From Rhynchopus sp. YZ270_cl-10 (lineage: Eukaryota), in contig OZ037843.1 in assembly GCA_964035575.1 (NCBI GenBank), positions 682,001 through 746,000 of the forward strand: a stretch of DNA of 64,000 nucleotides, read 5' to 3'. Shown piece by piece: positions 47,681 to 60,943 of the stretch. Each line of letters starts with the position of its first letter. Within the stretch, counting starts at the first letter, position 1. The notes under the pieces are model-generated. The model ran no database searches. It saw only the letters and a list, made by a program, of their open reading frames with translations, and was not told where the DNA came from. The translations under genes were made by a program, and so were the position numbers.

Positions 47681-49563
47681 CCTGCAGGTGGGTGGGGTGG
47701 TTTTGTGGCGATGATGGCTTTGTGGCTTGCGTGTGTTGCAGCACAGCCTTGATGGGTTGTGTCGACACTGGAGTGGGGGGTAGGCAACGTGGTCTGCATG
47801 CTGCAGGTGGGTGGGTGGTGTGGGTGGTATGGTGGTGGGGCTCTCTCTATCTCCGGCTTCACATCGCACTATGTGCGACGTTCGAGGCAAGAGAGGTGCA
47901 CCACCCATATCCTTGTGGCGATCTGCGTGGCATGGCAGTGTTGGGAGGCGGTAGTTGGTTTGCGTACACTTGAAAAGGCTTCACTGTGGTTGGTCGTGGT
48001 TCTCTGTGGGTTGTAGTACTGGCACCTACGGCGTGGCACTACTACTGAGTGTCTCATCAACACCATCAGGGCAACCCTTACAGAGGTGTTGAGTGAGAGT
48101 CACATTTGGTGGGGGGTTTGGTTTGCACTGCGTCCTGAGGTTTTGTCCATTAATATTTCCACTATGTCCCAAGAGAGGCATCGAGTGTCATTGACACTGC
48201 TCGATGACGGCATCTACACATCGTCTCCAGGAATGAAACAAATCGGGTCGTTGATCTGCTCTACAACCTCCCATCTTGGATATGGAAAGGCGAGCAGCAC
48301 CGCGCTCAAGGAGGCAAGGACTCTCTCTCCGTCATTCTCTTTCCCACCTCTGCCATGCGTGCACATTGCCAAGCACATCGCCCCAAACAGAATACAACAC
48401 AAACCCCCTTTTTTCATAAGATGATTCCTCTACGGCTGCAACTCCACTCAGATCTGCATGACCTGGAAGAGCCCCCCTCCTCAGGAGCCCCCTCCTGAGG
48501 GTGTGTGCTGTAACCCTGGATGGGAGATATGCCAGGGACACTGCTAACAACCCTGAAGTGGAGCAGTGCTGTGGCGAACACCCAGGCGGTTCTGAGAAGA
48601 ACGCCACATGCTGCGGATACAAATGTTGTTGAGAGGTGCAGTGCGCGTGACGACGTGTCCTTTGGGTGTGGGAGGTGTGGGAGGTGGAGGTGCACAGTGT
48701 TGTGAGTGTGGGGGGTTTGTGGTCCCTCCATCGTTTGTGGGTGATGGGAGGGGAAGCTGTGTGTCTGGCCGAGTGGTGCTTTCGTGCATTTTTCTAGCAC
48801 CTCAGCTTGTCTGTGGTTGCAGCACGAGAGCACCTTTGGCGTTCTTCCTTGCGTGAGGTGGGTGGAGACAGCGTGGAGGCTGCGGGTTCTTGTGCAGAAC
48901 GTGGCAGGTAACGGTGTGTGCCAGGGGCAGGGAAGGTGCTGTTGTCGCGCTGCAAGTGAATGCGTTTCTTGTGCGACAGGCACCTCCTCTGGTGCTCTGT
49001 TTACTTAGGGATCCCTCGTACCAGGCGAGGTGTGATTCCCTATGACTCATTTGCGGGGTTTGATGTCCAAGTGAAAAGGGTAACTGGTCGGCGAACTCTG
49101 GGAGGCTGCCACATCCGGGGTGAGATGTGCTGCCTGTTAATGACTTCTCGAGTCCGCATTGCACTTCGCGGTAGCCCCAAGGGAAGACACCCTTCTTCAG
49201 AAGCCAGGTAGAGAATGCTGCCCCCCACCCACCCCCTCTACACTGTCCGCGTAGATCCCCCCATTATGTAAGGAGTCATCTGATGCCACAAGGCAAGTCG
49301 CTCCCCCAAAGCGATTACATTGGATGGCACGTGCGCGTTTACGAACTGAGCCATGATTGCCCTTGGGGTCCCCGCTATGCTCCCACGGTAACACTGTGCA
49401 AAGTCATAGTTGGTCGTTGTAATAGGCTGGGGTATAAAGGGGTCGTGTGATTTGCCGAGCGGTTGTGAACCGCCTCCGTTCTCTTACGGTACGGAACACT
49501 CACGTCCCACCCTTTGCATGAGCTCGACTGAGATGCGTTTTAGCACGTTTCAACTTCTCTCTT
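47681..49563 (+). repeat. GT-rich blocks duplicated locally
   Basis: 47681-48005 ~ 54412-54738; 48660-48960 ~ 53336-53620 ~ 60326-60551; 48965-49563 ~ 60618-61778. Confidence 0.88.
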
Positions 49564-52102
49564 TTCTTCCCCCCGAGAGGAAGCGGGGTTTTACTTGTTT
49601 TTTTTTTCCATACGTTGTTATGTTCATATGCGGGTAAGCAGGCAAACAACAACACCGAACCGAACCCATGGAATATGAGGGCCATTTGCTTCGACCCCAT
49701 GGCCTACCTGCAAGCCGAAGCCACCACACCATCCCAAGACCTCCCCGGAAGAGGGGCAGATCCCACGTTCTCGCTAGCGCAGGCAGGCACCAACGTAACG
49801 TAACCTGAGCCCATGCGACACCTTAGCTACGTACTGCTATGTACTGCCTCTGTGAGGCGCCTGCGAGGAATACTGCCAACCCTTCTTCAACCCTGCTGCA
49901 ACCGCTCCTGGTGTTTGTGACAGTGAGCTGGACAAGCAGACGCAGCAAGACTCGCAACAATCATGTGAACATGAGTGCCTCAGACAGCACTATCCGGCAG
50001 CAGTTTTGCTTCAAGAGGAAGTCCTCACCGCAGACTGTTTACAGAGTGGCTGCATTCCTCTTCGGTATGGGGTGCTCCAACCTAGTTTTAAAAAAAACGT
50101 TTGTCATTGCTTCTGCAGGCGGCGGTTGCGGCTGTCATTCCTGAGTTCTTCTTGTGTGGTGTATCGTTAATGCGGCTTGGTCGCAGTGCTGTGTACTTTG
50201 TGACATAGTTCGGATTCTATTTCCTCCAGCACTGACTGCACCTGGGTTCAGCAATGTGACGCAGATAGGTGGAAGCTTTCTTTCCGGCTGCGAAGCTTTA
50301 ACCACCCCTGGACTGCGCTGGCCAGATGGCACAACATCCCCCTGGTCACGCAGTTGGACTTCGAAGCCTTCTCGGGTCTAGACGTACCAAGGACAACACT
50401 GCGAGAGAGGACGACCTTCGGCAGCATGCTGAGGCAGGCGAAGAGATGCCACCCAACAGGCACACATGGCAGGGCACGGCGCGAGAGGTCCACCATCTCA
50501 AGGAATTTGGGGGAGGCATCATGACGGGGGTCTCGGTGCGTCTTCTGTGCTTACGCACGGAGGTTGCGAAGTAGTCTACGAGCCTTGCAGAAGAAGGCTG
50601 AAGAGGGAGTACACATGCACAGAAGGCGCGATGGATTGACTGCTCAGTGTCGCATGCTGCCACTCCAGCTGAACGCTCCTTCCGGGGCGATCAATGGAAA
50701 CAGGTAGCAGCGGTACAGGAGCAGGCAGAAGTGGTGCCAAAGGAAGCAGTTGTGGCAGCGCGTACAGCAGCTGCCACACGGGTTAGAACAGCGAAGGTTA
50801 GAACAGGAGAAAGGCAAACGCGCGCCACTAAGGCAGAGGCGCGTACGAACCTGGAGTATTGCAACATCCACAGCAGAATGCGGTGCGCTTATTGTGAGCA
50901 CAACACCATCGACCAAGAAATGCTGCACGACGCACCACTGCGACGTGACGACTTTGGAAAGATGTGACGAAGCTCGCTACTCATGCGACCTACAGTATGT
51001 CACGCATGTGGACAGTGTGCAGGGGATGGCCTCGGATTTTATCTGCACAGACGTATTGCACAGTGCACCACAACTGCGCGGCGCACAACAAAGTTGCTTG
51101 CGACATCTGTAAGCAAAATGCGGGGAAGAAAAAGAAGAGGAAGGGTTTGCCGATGTTACGATGTTAGCGTCCACGGCGAGGTGTTGTAAGAAGGGGCACC
51201 ATGAGTCAAGCAACGCTCTCTTTTAGTGTCTTCTGTTGTTGGCCGCAGGGTACTTGTGCTTTCATCCGGATGGCTGGCATCGTACGTGGGTCAGTCGGAG
51301 GTGCCTGCATTAATAACTTCACTTTAGTGTACGATAACGAAGGTGTGCACGTGGCATCCTCTTTCTTCTCCGTCTTCTGGCGGTTGGTAGAAGGGGGTGG
51401 GTCACGACAAGCTTAACAGCTTTAGCCACCCTGTATTTGTCTCCACTTCAACACCCAACAAGGTTAGGACAGTAGGTTTAAGAGGATTTGCTGCGGACTG
51501 CACTTCGTTGACAAGGATTTATCTTTCAAGCTGCAGTGCCCCTAATAAGGAATAGCAAGAACCTGAGGCATCCTGTGGTTCAAAGAACGTCCGAAACATA
51601 CCGAACCCCCCCCGAGCAAAGCCCACACAAACGACCGACACGCACAATGACGACGTGGTGTACTGGGAGGGGATAAAGGGAAGGACGAGAAGAAGGGCAC
51701 GAAGGGAGGCCAAGGGGGGCCGGTACGTACTGCCTCCCCTCCACTCCCCTCCACTCGCCTCCGAGACCCTCCAATACAACCCGATTGATGCCCGCAAAGG
51801 CCTTTGAGAAGGCGGGATGAATGTTCTGAAGCTGCGTCACATCAACAAACTCTTTTTTTTTAAACTACCAACCCGATTCGCACCCTTTGCCAGCTAGGAT
51901 CCAATACCGGCACTAGACACTCAGTATTCCCCCCCCCCCTTTTGAATGGCCCCCACCCCCTTTCTTTGAACAATCAACGACACACAACGACCCTCTCATT
52001 TTCCCTCCGTACCTCCTACCCCACCACACTTCTTTTACTTATTCTAAAAACCCTTTACTTCCCCACACAGATGAACACAACACTATGGAGGTGTGCCACG
52101 CT

Positions 52103-52227
52103 CCTATCAGCTTTTGACGGTAGTGTAGTGGACTACCGTGGCTGTAACGGGTAACGGGGAATTAGGGTTCGATTCCGGAGAGGGAGCCTGAGAAACGGGT
52201 ACCACATCTAAGGATGGCAGCAGGCGC
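52103..52227 (+). pseudogene. Isolated 125-bp 18S (SSU) rRNA fragment
   Basis: CCTATCAGCT...ACGGGTAACGGGGAATTAGGGTTCGATTCCGGAGAGGGAGCCTGAGAAACG..TACCACATCTAAGGA.GGCAGCAGGCGC is conserved eukaryotic SSU sequence. The flanks are not rRNA-like. Confidence 0.93.
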
Positions 52228-52365
52228 TGACTGCAGAGGAGGTGGGTTAGCAGTGAGGAGGTGGTTCCGTGAGAAACGCTGCGGGGGGGGAGTTTGGGTG
52301 TGATGCAGGGTATATGGAGTTTGCATAAGGACGGGGTCAGCATTGGCTACGCTAGGAGGAGCTTG

Positions 52366-52790
52366 TGTCATGCAGGCAAGCTGCTTGACGCATGCTGTTA
52401 TTGACGTTGTGGTGCCGGAACACATCCGCAACGGAACAAAGAAGCTACACAGACCTCCCACAGAGAGATCCCTCTTGGGCCAGGTCTGCATCGTTCACAT
52501 CGGACAGCCTGTTTTGCCGGACTCTCATCTCCGACTGCATTGCCACTATTTTGCCCGATTGGTCAGGTTTGCACCGTGAAGCTGGGTCGGACTGTTCGCG
52601 AGACACCCATCTCCGATCCTTGCGTTGCCACCACTTTGTGTCATGCTGCAAGCTGCTTTGATGCGTGCGTCCGTTGTCGATGTGGTGTCCATGGATTCAT
52701 CTCGTGGAACACATCCGCAACGGAATACGAAGCTACACAGACCTCCCAGACAGCGTGCAAAGAGACATCCCCTGCAGCCCTGCAGTGCAA
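52366..52790 (+). repeat. Diverged tandem duplication (~280-bp period)
   Basis: GGAACACATCCGCAACGGAA..AAGCTACACAGACCTCCCA occurs at ~52417 and ~52705. Confidence 0.7.
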
Positions 52791-54961
52791 CGAAGTAGAG
52801 TTCAGACACCCCCCCCTCGAAGTGCAAACCCGACCATTGCGTTCATCGCATCCTCAGCCTCACCAGCGCTCTTCGAAACTGTGCACCCATCCGTATGGAA
52901 CGGCGAAGACTTTCGTTTGTGCGTTGCTCAGTGCAACAGATGGCCAAGATATTTTATTGGTCTGTCGTGGGCTTGCTGTGAGGACCTCCGGGCCGATTGT
53001 GATACGGTGCTTTGCAGGTGAGCGTAGTGGTGAGATGCTTGAGTAGGAGGTGAAGGAACGTGCGGTTGTGTGCTGGACAGTGTGCGTTCCAGCAGAACGG
53101 TCGTCCAGTGTGCCGCAGAGGGGGGGTGCGTGCGGAGCGAGCCAGATCTTATAAACGTTTTTTTTTTTTTAAAGCGTCACTTACCCTTTTCATAACAACG
53201 TACCTCCCCGCCCAACCCTTTTTCTGTAATTCATCACCACTGAGATCGTTATCACCACGTGGTCTTTCACTGTCTTCTTGGTAGCGGTGCTTGGGGTGCT
53301 TGGGGTGCTTGGGGTGCTTGGGGTGATGACGCTAGGGGTGTGGGAGGTGGAGGTGCACAGTGTTGTGAGTGTGGGGGGTTTGTGGTCCCTCCATCGTTTG
53401 TGGGTGATGGGAGGGGAAGCTGTGTGTCTGGCCGAGTGGTGCTTTCGTGCATTTTTCTGGCACCTCAGCTTGTCTGTGGTTGCAGCACGAGAGCACCTTT
53501 GGCGTTCTTCCTTGCGTGAGGTGGGCGGAGACAGCGTGGAGGTTGTGTGGGTTTCTTTTGCAGAATGTGGCAGGTAACGGTGCGTGCCAGGGGCAGGGAA
53601 GGTGCTGTTGTGTCGCTGCTGCAGCAAGAGAATGTGGCAGGGAGCGAGTGGAGACAGCGTGTGCAGCTGTGTGGGGAGGCACATCGCCCGACATGTAGCC
53701 CTACAGATACTGTATCTGCGTGGCATGGCAGTGTTGGGAGAGCGTAGTTGGTTTGCTTGAAAAGGCTTCACTGTGGTTGGGGTCGTGGTTCTCTCTGCAT
53801 GGGCGGTGGTGATGTGATGCCTGCTTCACATCGCACTATGTGTGATGTTCGAGGCGTGGTGGACACATCCAGGCTTTGCAACAGAGGATCAAATGGTGAG
53901 GGAGGTGCCACAGGGCAGTGTGGGTGACACAGATGAATCACTTCGCTTCCGGTTTGCGTGGGTTGCAGCACATCCTTTATGGGTGTTGTCGACACCTTTG
54001 GTGGGTGGTTTGTGGAGGTGGCTCTCTTTCTCGTGCCTCACATCGCACCATGTGATGTTCGAGGCGAGAATGACGTACCCAAACAGAACCACCCAGGTTG
54101 GTGCACCGCACAACGTATCCTAGACAGGGAGCCACGTGTGGAGGAGGGCTTGGTACGGCTTTGTGACTTTGTGTGTTGCACAGCAGAGTGGGGTTCACTT
54201 TTGACAGACAGGACTCATGGTCCTGTGTCTTCAATGTTCCTCGTTCATCTGGCTGATGAGAGGAAGCGGGAGTAGAGCATATCGGATGTAAACCACGAAA
54301 TGGATTGTAGGGCTGCATGGTTGGGGGTCCACCCCGGTGCACCGGTCATTGTACGAATGGTACACTGTTTACGAGAGGGCTTTTGAATATCAAGTCAGCT
54401 TGATAACTTTTCCTGCAGGTGGGTGGGGTGGTTTTGTGGCGATGATGGCTTTGTGGCTTGCGTGTGTTGCAGCACAGCCTTGATGGGTTGTGTCGACACT
54501 GGAGTGGGGGGTAGGCAACGTAGTCTGCATGCTGCAGGTGGGTGGGTGGTGTGGGTGGTATGGTGGCGGGGCTCTCTCTATCTCCGGCTTCACATCGCAC
54601 TATGTGCGACGTTCGAGGCAAGAGAGGTGCACCACCCATATCCTTGTGGCGATCTGCGTGGCATGGCAGTGTTGGGAGAGCGTAGTTGGTTTGCGCACAC
54701 TTGAAAAGGCTTCACTGTGGTTGGGGTCGTGGTTCTCTCTGCATGGGCGGTGGTGATGCCTGCTTCACATCGCACTATGTGTGATGTTCGAGGCGTGGTG
54801 GACACATCCAGACTTCGCAACAGAGGATCAAATGGGGGACGGAGCACAACATCATGGTGAGGGAGGTCCCACAGGGCAGTGCGGTAAACGGGTGTGGGTT
54901 GCAGCGCAGCCTTTGTGGGTTTTTGTCGACACTGAATACTTTGTCCTTTGGTGGGGTTCCC

Positions 54962-55040
54962 CTCTCTCTCGCTCTCTCTCTCTCTCGCTCTCTCTCTCTC
55001 TCGCTCTCTCTCTCTCTCGCTCTCTCTCTCTCGCTCTTTC
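54962..55040. repeat. (CT)n microsatellite with CG interruptions
   Basis: Read directly from the sequence. Confidence 0.9.
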
Positions 55041-55097
55041 TCCGGCCTCACATCACACCATGTGTGATGTTCGAGGCGAGAATAACTGTACTCAAAA

Positions 55098-56305
55098 CAC
55101 GCATGCGGCTAAATAGTACCTATTTTCCAGATTTTCCTTAACCTAAATAGACAAATTTACCTGTTTTTATTACCTTGTGATTTTCCCACTTTTCACATTT
55201 TCGAGGCAGGGTACCACCCAAAAGCGCTGTTTCTTGCATTTTTGGGCCAATCCCAGCCTGTGTTGGGGTCACTTTAAAAAAATGGCCAAAATTTCCATCA
55301 CTTAAATTTTTGGGAAGTGCCAAGTACATGGAAAACAAAAGATCTTAGTAAGGGGAAATTTTTTTTGAGCGGGGTTTTGATATCTTCTTAGTTTTTTTTT
55401 TCCACTAAGATCTTAGTGGAAAAAAACACCAAAAAACTAAGATCTTAGTTTTTTTTCTAAGATCTTAGTTTTTTTTTCTAAGATCGTAGCCACTTTATTT
55501 TTAAGATCTTAGTTTTGTTTTTAAGATCTTAGTTTTTTTTGGTGGAAACTAAGATCTTAACAAAAAAAAACTAAGATATTCAACACAAAACACTAAGATC
55601 TTACTTAATTTTAAGAAAACACTAAGATCTTAAAAAAACGGTATTTTTCGCTCATATCTTAATTAAGATCTTTTGTAATCCATGCAAGTATCTAGTTTGC
55701 AGTAACTTTTGGCAGTATGTTTTTGTGGGGATTTGTCCTCTGGCGGGGGTAAGGGTTGTATATCTACCGACGGGTTGTAGAGGGTTTTGCGAGCATTCAC
55801 CTCACTGTAGCGGGTTATTTCGAAAATAATGGACAAGTTCATGGTTGATACAATTTTTGGCCATTACACCAGTGAGATTCACAGGGTAAAATGTAACTAT
55901 GATTCTGGGCCACCGGCCCCTCGAAATGCAAAAAGGTCCCAAACCCGGGCGCGCTACGTGCGCCGACCTTTTTGCAGCTTTGGTCAAAGTTGTCTTTTTC
56001 GGCCGCAAAATGTAGGCGAAGATATTCAGACCTCTATTTTTTTGCGGAGCAAAAAAATAATATTGATGGATGGGGAGGCGAAAAAAAATTAGGGTACAGT
56101 GTAAAAATGCAGCTTTTACACTACAGAGCCACTCAAAGATTGAAATTCCCCTCAGAAAAAAAAGCAGGTATTTTTTTCCTGCCCCCTATTTTTCCCGTAT
56201 ATAAAAACAGGTAAATTTATTTTACCTTCCCCCTTTATAAAAACAGGTAAATTCTTTTTTTATTCTGAAAACCTAAATAGTAAATAGCTTTTAGGCTCAC
56301 GCGTG
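55098..56305. mobile_element. Family A MITE copy 2, 8-bp TSD, with nested insertion
   Basis: Same termini as 3468. TSD ACTCAAAA at 55090-55097 and 56306-56313. Confidence 0.95.
55327..55684. mobile_element. Word-filled MITE (CTAAGATCTTAG), 6-bp TSD, nested in family A
   Basis: TIR CATGGA(AA/TT)ACAAAAGATCTTA and TSD CAAGTA. The empty site GTGCCAAGTATCTAG is present in copies 1 and 3. Confidence 0.95.
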
Positions 56306-56976
56306 ACTCAAAATACCCAAAATTTCCTTTTTTTTTTTGGTGAGGTGTTGTTGAGGCACTTTCTCTCTTTCTCCGGCCTCACATCGCACTATGTGTGACG
56401 TTCGAGGCGAGAATGAGCACAACCTCCATGCACCACTACCCCCTTAGGCACCAGCTTGAGCACACCCATTGTCGGGGTTGCTATCACGGCTTGTCTTTCG
56501 AGGCCGACAGTCCACGCCATCCTCACATAGGTGTTGCACATATTCTTTGTGGGTGCTGAGGTGTGGTCCACTTGCCGCCTTTGCTATTTGGGAGGGTTGG
56601 GGTTGTGATGCAGTGTCTTGCGAACGCACTGTCGCTTGACGGAACTCTGCACAGAGCTGAGCAGAAGAAGCGGCTGACGCTGTTGATAGTTTCCTTCATG
56701 GGCATGCTGCTGCCTGTGGTGGGCATGCTCATGTTGCTTGATCCTTGCAACGTTATGTTGCGTGTTGTGCATGATGGTATGGGGTCCCGTGCTCAGTGTG
56801 TTAGCTGTCCCAAAAATTAATAAAATGGGGAAAACAGTTTGAGCTCAGAAACTTCGCAGGTGTGCCGCAGAAAATGTTTCACAAAGCGTCATTACCCACT
56901 ACCTTTGGCCCTTTTTTGGGTATGAAAGGCCAAAATGGACAAGAGGTCCAGGGATGCCGTTTTCACTTTCATATTC

Positions 56977-59129
56977 CATACAATGCAGCGAGGCCGAATC
57001 AGCCTCGCTAAGGCCGGCTGAGGCGTGGCTGAGGCGTATTTGGGAATACTTACGTTTCGTACGCCTCAGCCACGCCTGAAGAATTATTTTTTTTTGTTGT
57101 GAAAAAATGCCTCAACCACGCCTGAGTTACAAGGTATTTTTGAGTTACAGTCACGACGGTGAAGTAAATGACCTTGACTTGTGGTTTCACAAAATAAAAC
57201 CACAAGTCAAGTCATTTAATTCACCGTCGTGTGGGAAGTGTACCGTAAAAATGACATCTACACAAATAAAAAACTGGAGAAGGCAACACTTCTCCTCACC
57301 AGGCAAAAGGGAAATCAAAAGGACCGCCGTTCCACAGCCCCAGTGGAAGTGACACCTCAACCGTTTACTCTCCAATAGTCGTAGAGGTTACGAGCAATTC
57401 GTTAAACCAGGCTTATCGCTAAATCGAGGGGCGGACCAATTTCAAAATTGGGATGCAAATTTTGTCGCCTCATGAAATGAAGGAGCAAATAGAAGCAAAG
57501 CATTTTGAACACACTTGTAGTTTTGGGGGACGAACCGCGCTGCGGGGCCACGCCTCCACCAAAACAGGTCGAGGTGTTGTGCGCTTCACCACAACCTCTT
57601 CCATGGGTGTTTTCGTGTGATGAGTGTTAAGTTTCTATTTTACTCAGGTAGCTACGTGCCGTGAAGGCGATCGTGTGCTAATACAGAAAGTATCAGTCAA
57701 GGCTGTCCTCACAGATGCATGCCAAAGCGGCTGCCACGTGGGTGTGGACTTAAAATTGAAGTTTCAACATTGTAGCCCAGGGAGGGTTCCCGGCCACCGA
57801 TGAGGTCTCTTCCAATCCGTACCCCAGTTTCCTAGGGGTGCCTCATGGCTTCACTGGCCAGGGCCTCCAGCAGGTCACTCCACACATAGTAGTGTGCCTG
57901 CCTTCAGCACCCAGGGTAGCATTCTTAGCACCTATTCCCCTCAGGTAGACCTTCATAAATAAGTTTCAAGAGGAGTGCCGCAACGATGGAATTGAACGTC
58001 CAGCCCAGGACTATTTTTTTTTCCCCCCTGAAAAAACTAGTGGGTTTTCAGCCCCAAATCATTCCGCACGTTTTGCGGATCCTTAACACCCTATTGCTCG
58101 TGGGGTTGATGAACGCAACGATCTGAACGTAACCAACCGGCCATGTACGCTACACGCTATGCTACTATCCGCAGCGAGTGGTTATGAAACGCAGCCCACC
58201 TGCGGTGGACTGCTCAGACTGGTGCCAGGCTAAACCTTTCTGTGTGGGATTTTAGAATGGTTCTTGCTTATAAACGCCGTTACCGTTTTTGTGTGTAAAA
58301 ACGTGGGTCACGTTGTACTGCATGGGGGTACGTGTGCGGCACCCTGTGGCCCGGACATGACGTCTCCGCGCCGAAGGCGGGACGCGGATTCCTGTGCGTC
58401 AAAACCAACGTACGGACCGCGGACGGTTTCGTTTCGGCTAGTGTGCACATGGGCGCGATGAACGTCATCGGAAGTGAGCTGAGGAACGTCGCGGCACATA
58501 TGCAGGAGGCTGGTGTGCAGGGGAATAAGCTTGTGCCAGCGCAAAAGCTGCGGCGGAGGCTGCAGGCCGTGTCCCGCTTGGCTGTTGCCACCACAAGCTT
58601 GGGAATGGGATTGGCGCCGCAGAACATGCTCTGCAGGCACACCTGGCAGGGAACATCCCGGACACGATTCGGACCCTGGTGAAGTATTTCGACTGTAACC
58701 ACGGTCACACTTGGTTCTGAAACCCCAGAATCGCGTTTCCTACCCCACATACTCGTTTGTGGGCCCACAATATTGCCAAAAAGGTGAAACTCCGACTTCT
58801 GGTGAAAACGCCTGTTTTTCCTGTCGACTGTAGAAACACACGTAGCATAGGCGTTTTTATGCCTATGTTACGTGTGTTTCTACAGGGAAACTCGCGACAG
58901 CAAAGTTCGCCACACGGGCACTTTTCCATCTTTTGCACATTTTTTGTGCCGATTTTTCTCATTTTGTACAGGGGTTTCCCTTTGTCATTTCCAGTTTTTC
59001 ACAACAAAAAGTATTTTTTCTTCAGGCGTGGCTGAGGCGTACTTAGACGTACGTAATCCCGAATACGCCTCAGATGCGTTTTTCAGCCAGACCATTTTTC
59101 ATCCGTTTTCGGCTTCGCTGCATTGTATG
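56977..59129. mobile_element. 2.15-kb TIR element with GGCTGAGGCG subterminal repeats
   Basis: TIR CATACAATGCAGCGA(G/A)GCCGAA. Inner inverted pair TACGCCTCAGCCACGCCTGAAGAA (57060) / TTCTTCAGGCGTGGCTGAGGCGTA (59018). No clean TSD. Confidence 0.8.
58400..58682 (+). pseudogene. Possible decayed SF2 (RecQ-like) helicase C-terminal fragment
   Basis: ELRNVAAHMQEAGVQ...RLAVATTSLGMG resembles RecQ motifs IV-V (VAxxLxxxG; VATxAFGMG). Confidence 0.4.
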
Positions 59130-60943
59130 AATGTCCTGCATGATTTTCATGAGGGTCCCACTCTAGCGTGTGTGGTAGTAGTGGTGGTGCGATCCGCAAG
59201 GTCGGCAAGTGTCCTCATGGATTGCCTGCCCGCCCCCTTTCCAAAGACGTGGATCACGTTGTCGCCTGCGTCCATCACTGCACACCCCTCCCCGCCGAGG
59301 TTGGTATCGGACAGTGATCCGTCGCCGTAGTCGTACTGGGGTAGCCTTCCGAGGCGTTCTTTCCAGAGCTTTTCTCTTTGGTTTGTTGGAGTTCTCTCGT
59401 AGGGCTCATGCGATGGTGGGGTGCAGTGTCAGCTTATCCTGTACTTCCTCCCATTGCCTTGGGGCACAGGGTAGTGGCGCACTAAGGTGCTTTGGGGTGT
59501 TGAGTGTTGAGTGTACATGCGTGTATCCTCAACGGTGTTCGTGGCCTCTGGGCTGTGTGGTGAACACACAGTGGTGTACGAGGAAGTGTCGTGGGTGCGG
59601 TTGTCGTGCTCGTACAGCTTTGCACCTTCCGGCGTCAACGCACTCCAGGGTTTGTGCTGTTTGCCGACTACGTTGAGGGGAGCACTGTGCCTTGTGGCTC
59701 TCATTTCGAGAAGAACGGGGTGCGTTCGTTGTGTTTCAGTAAGACTGATTGTCCGGGGAACCCTTTTATCCCGTTGTAAACATCGTCCCTGTTCTCCGAC
59801 GTCTTAGTAGCCCCCTTGTCTTCATCGGCATGCCCTTGAGACACCACACCCCCCCCCCTTACACCCACCACCCCTCCCACCCTTCCCCAGCCAGGTTCAT
59901 GAGAAGCACACCCAGTCAACAGCAGAGTTCTGCGGCAGTGTGGATGCGATGTGGAGGACTTCCCTTGACGGCAGAAGAACCTTGTGTGGTCTTGGACGAC
60001 GTTGTGCTGGAGAAGAACCAGAGCGACGTCATCAACTGCTATGTGCATGGACGGCATCGCAACTCTCTCATCGGGCTACTTGAGTCACAGCGTCTTTGCC
60101 ACCCCAAGGGTACTGCAGAACTGCAGCTTGCTTTCTGCTGTTCAGCCTTCGCGCGCTTTGGCCCTTTTTGCTAACACCTCGGGAAGCTGAGAGAACGCAA
60201 CGCAGTTCCGTTTTGTGTGCCTGCCACACCTCACAGACCCGAACAGAACGTACCAGGCAGTGCCTGAAGGAGGGCTTGGAGAGGGCTCTTCTCGGGCATT
60301 ACCTTTGGCGGTGAACGGCTGTCCTTTTTGGGTGTGGGAGGTGTGGGAGGTGGAGGTGCACAGTGTTGTGAGTGTGAGGTTTGGGTGTGGTCCCTCCATC
60401 GTTTTGTGGGTCATGGGAGGGGAAGCTGTGTGTCTGGCCGAGTGGTGCTTTCGTGCATTTTTCTGGCACCTCAGCTTGTCTGTGGTTGCAGCACGAGAGC
60501 ACCTTTGGCGTTCTTCCTTGCGTGGGGTGGGCGGAGACAGCGTGGAGGCTGTGTTTCTTTTGGGTAGGTCCGCTCAGTAGGACCACTGTCACGAGAGGGC
60601 TGTTGTATTCCAAGTCAACTTCTTGTGCGACAGGCACCTCCTCTGGTGTTCTGTTTACTTAGGGATCCCTCGTACCAGGCGAGGTGTGATTCCCTATGAC
60701 TCATTTGCGGGGTTTGATGTCCAAGTGAAAAGGGTAACTGGTCGGCGAACTCTGGGAGGCTGTCACATCCAGGGGTGAGATGTGCTGCCTGTTAATGACT
60801 TCTCGAGTCCGCATTGCACTTCGCGGTAGCCCCAAGGGAAGACACCCTTCAGAAGCCAGGTAGAGAATGCTGCCCCCCACCTATCACCCTCTACACTGTC
60901 CGCGTAGATCCCCCCACTACGTAAGGAGTCATCTGATGACGCA

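Noticed and set aside
50326..51112. Gene encoding a coiled-coil plus CxxH zinc-binding protein
   Set aside because: Only short broken frames. Possibly a pseudogene, but no product can be supported.
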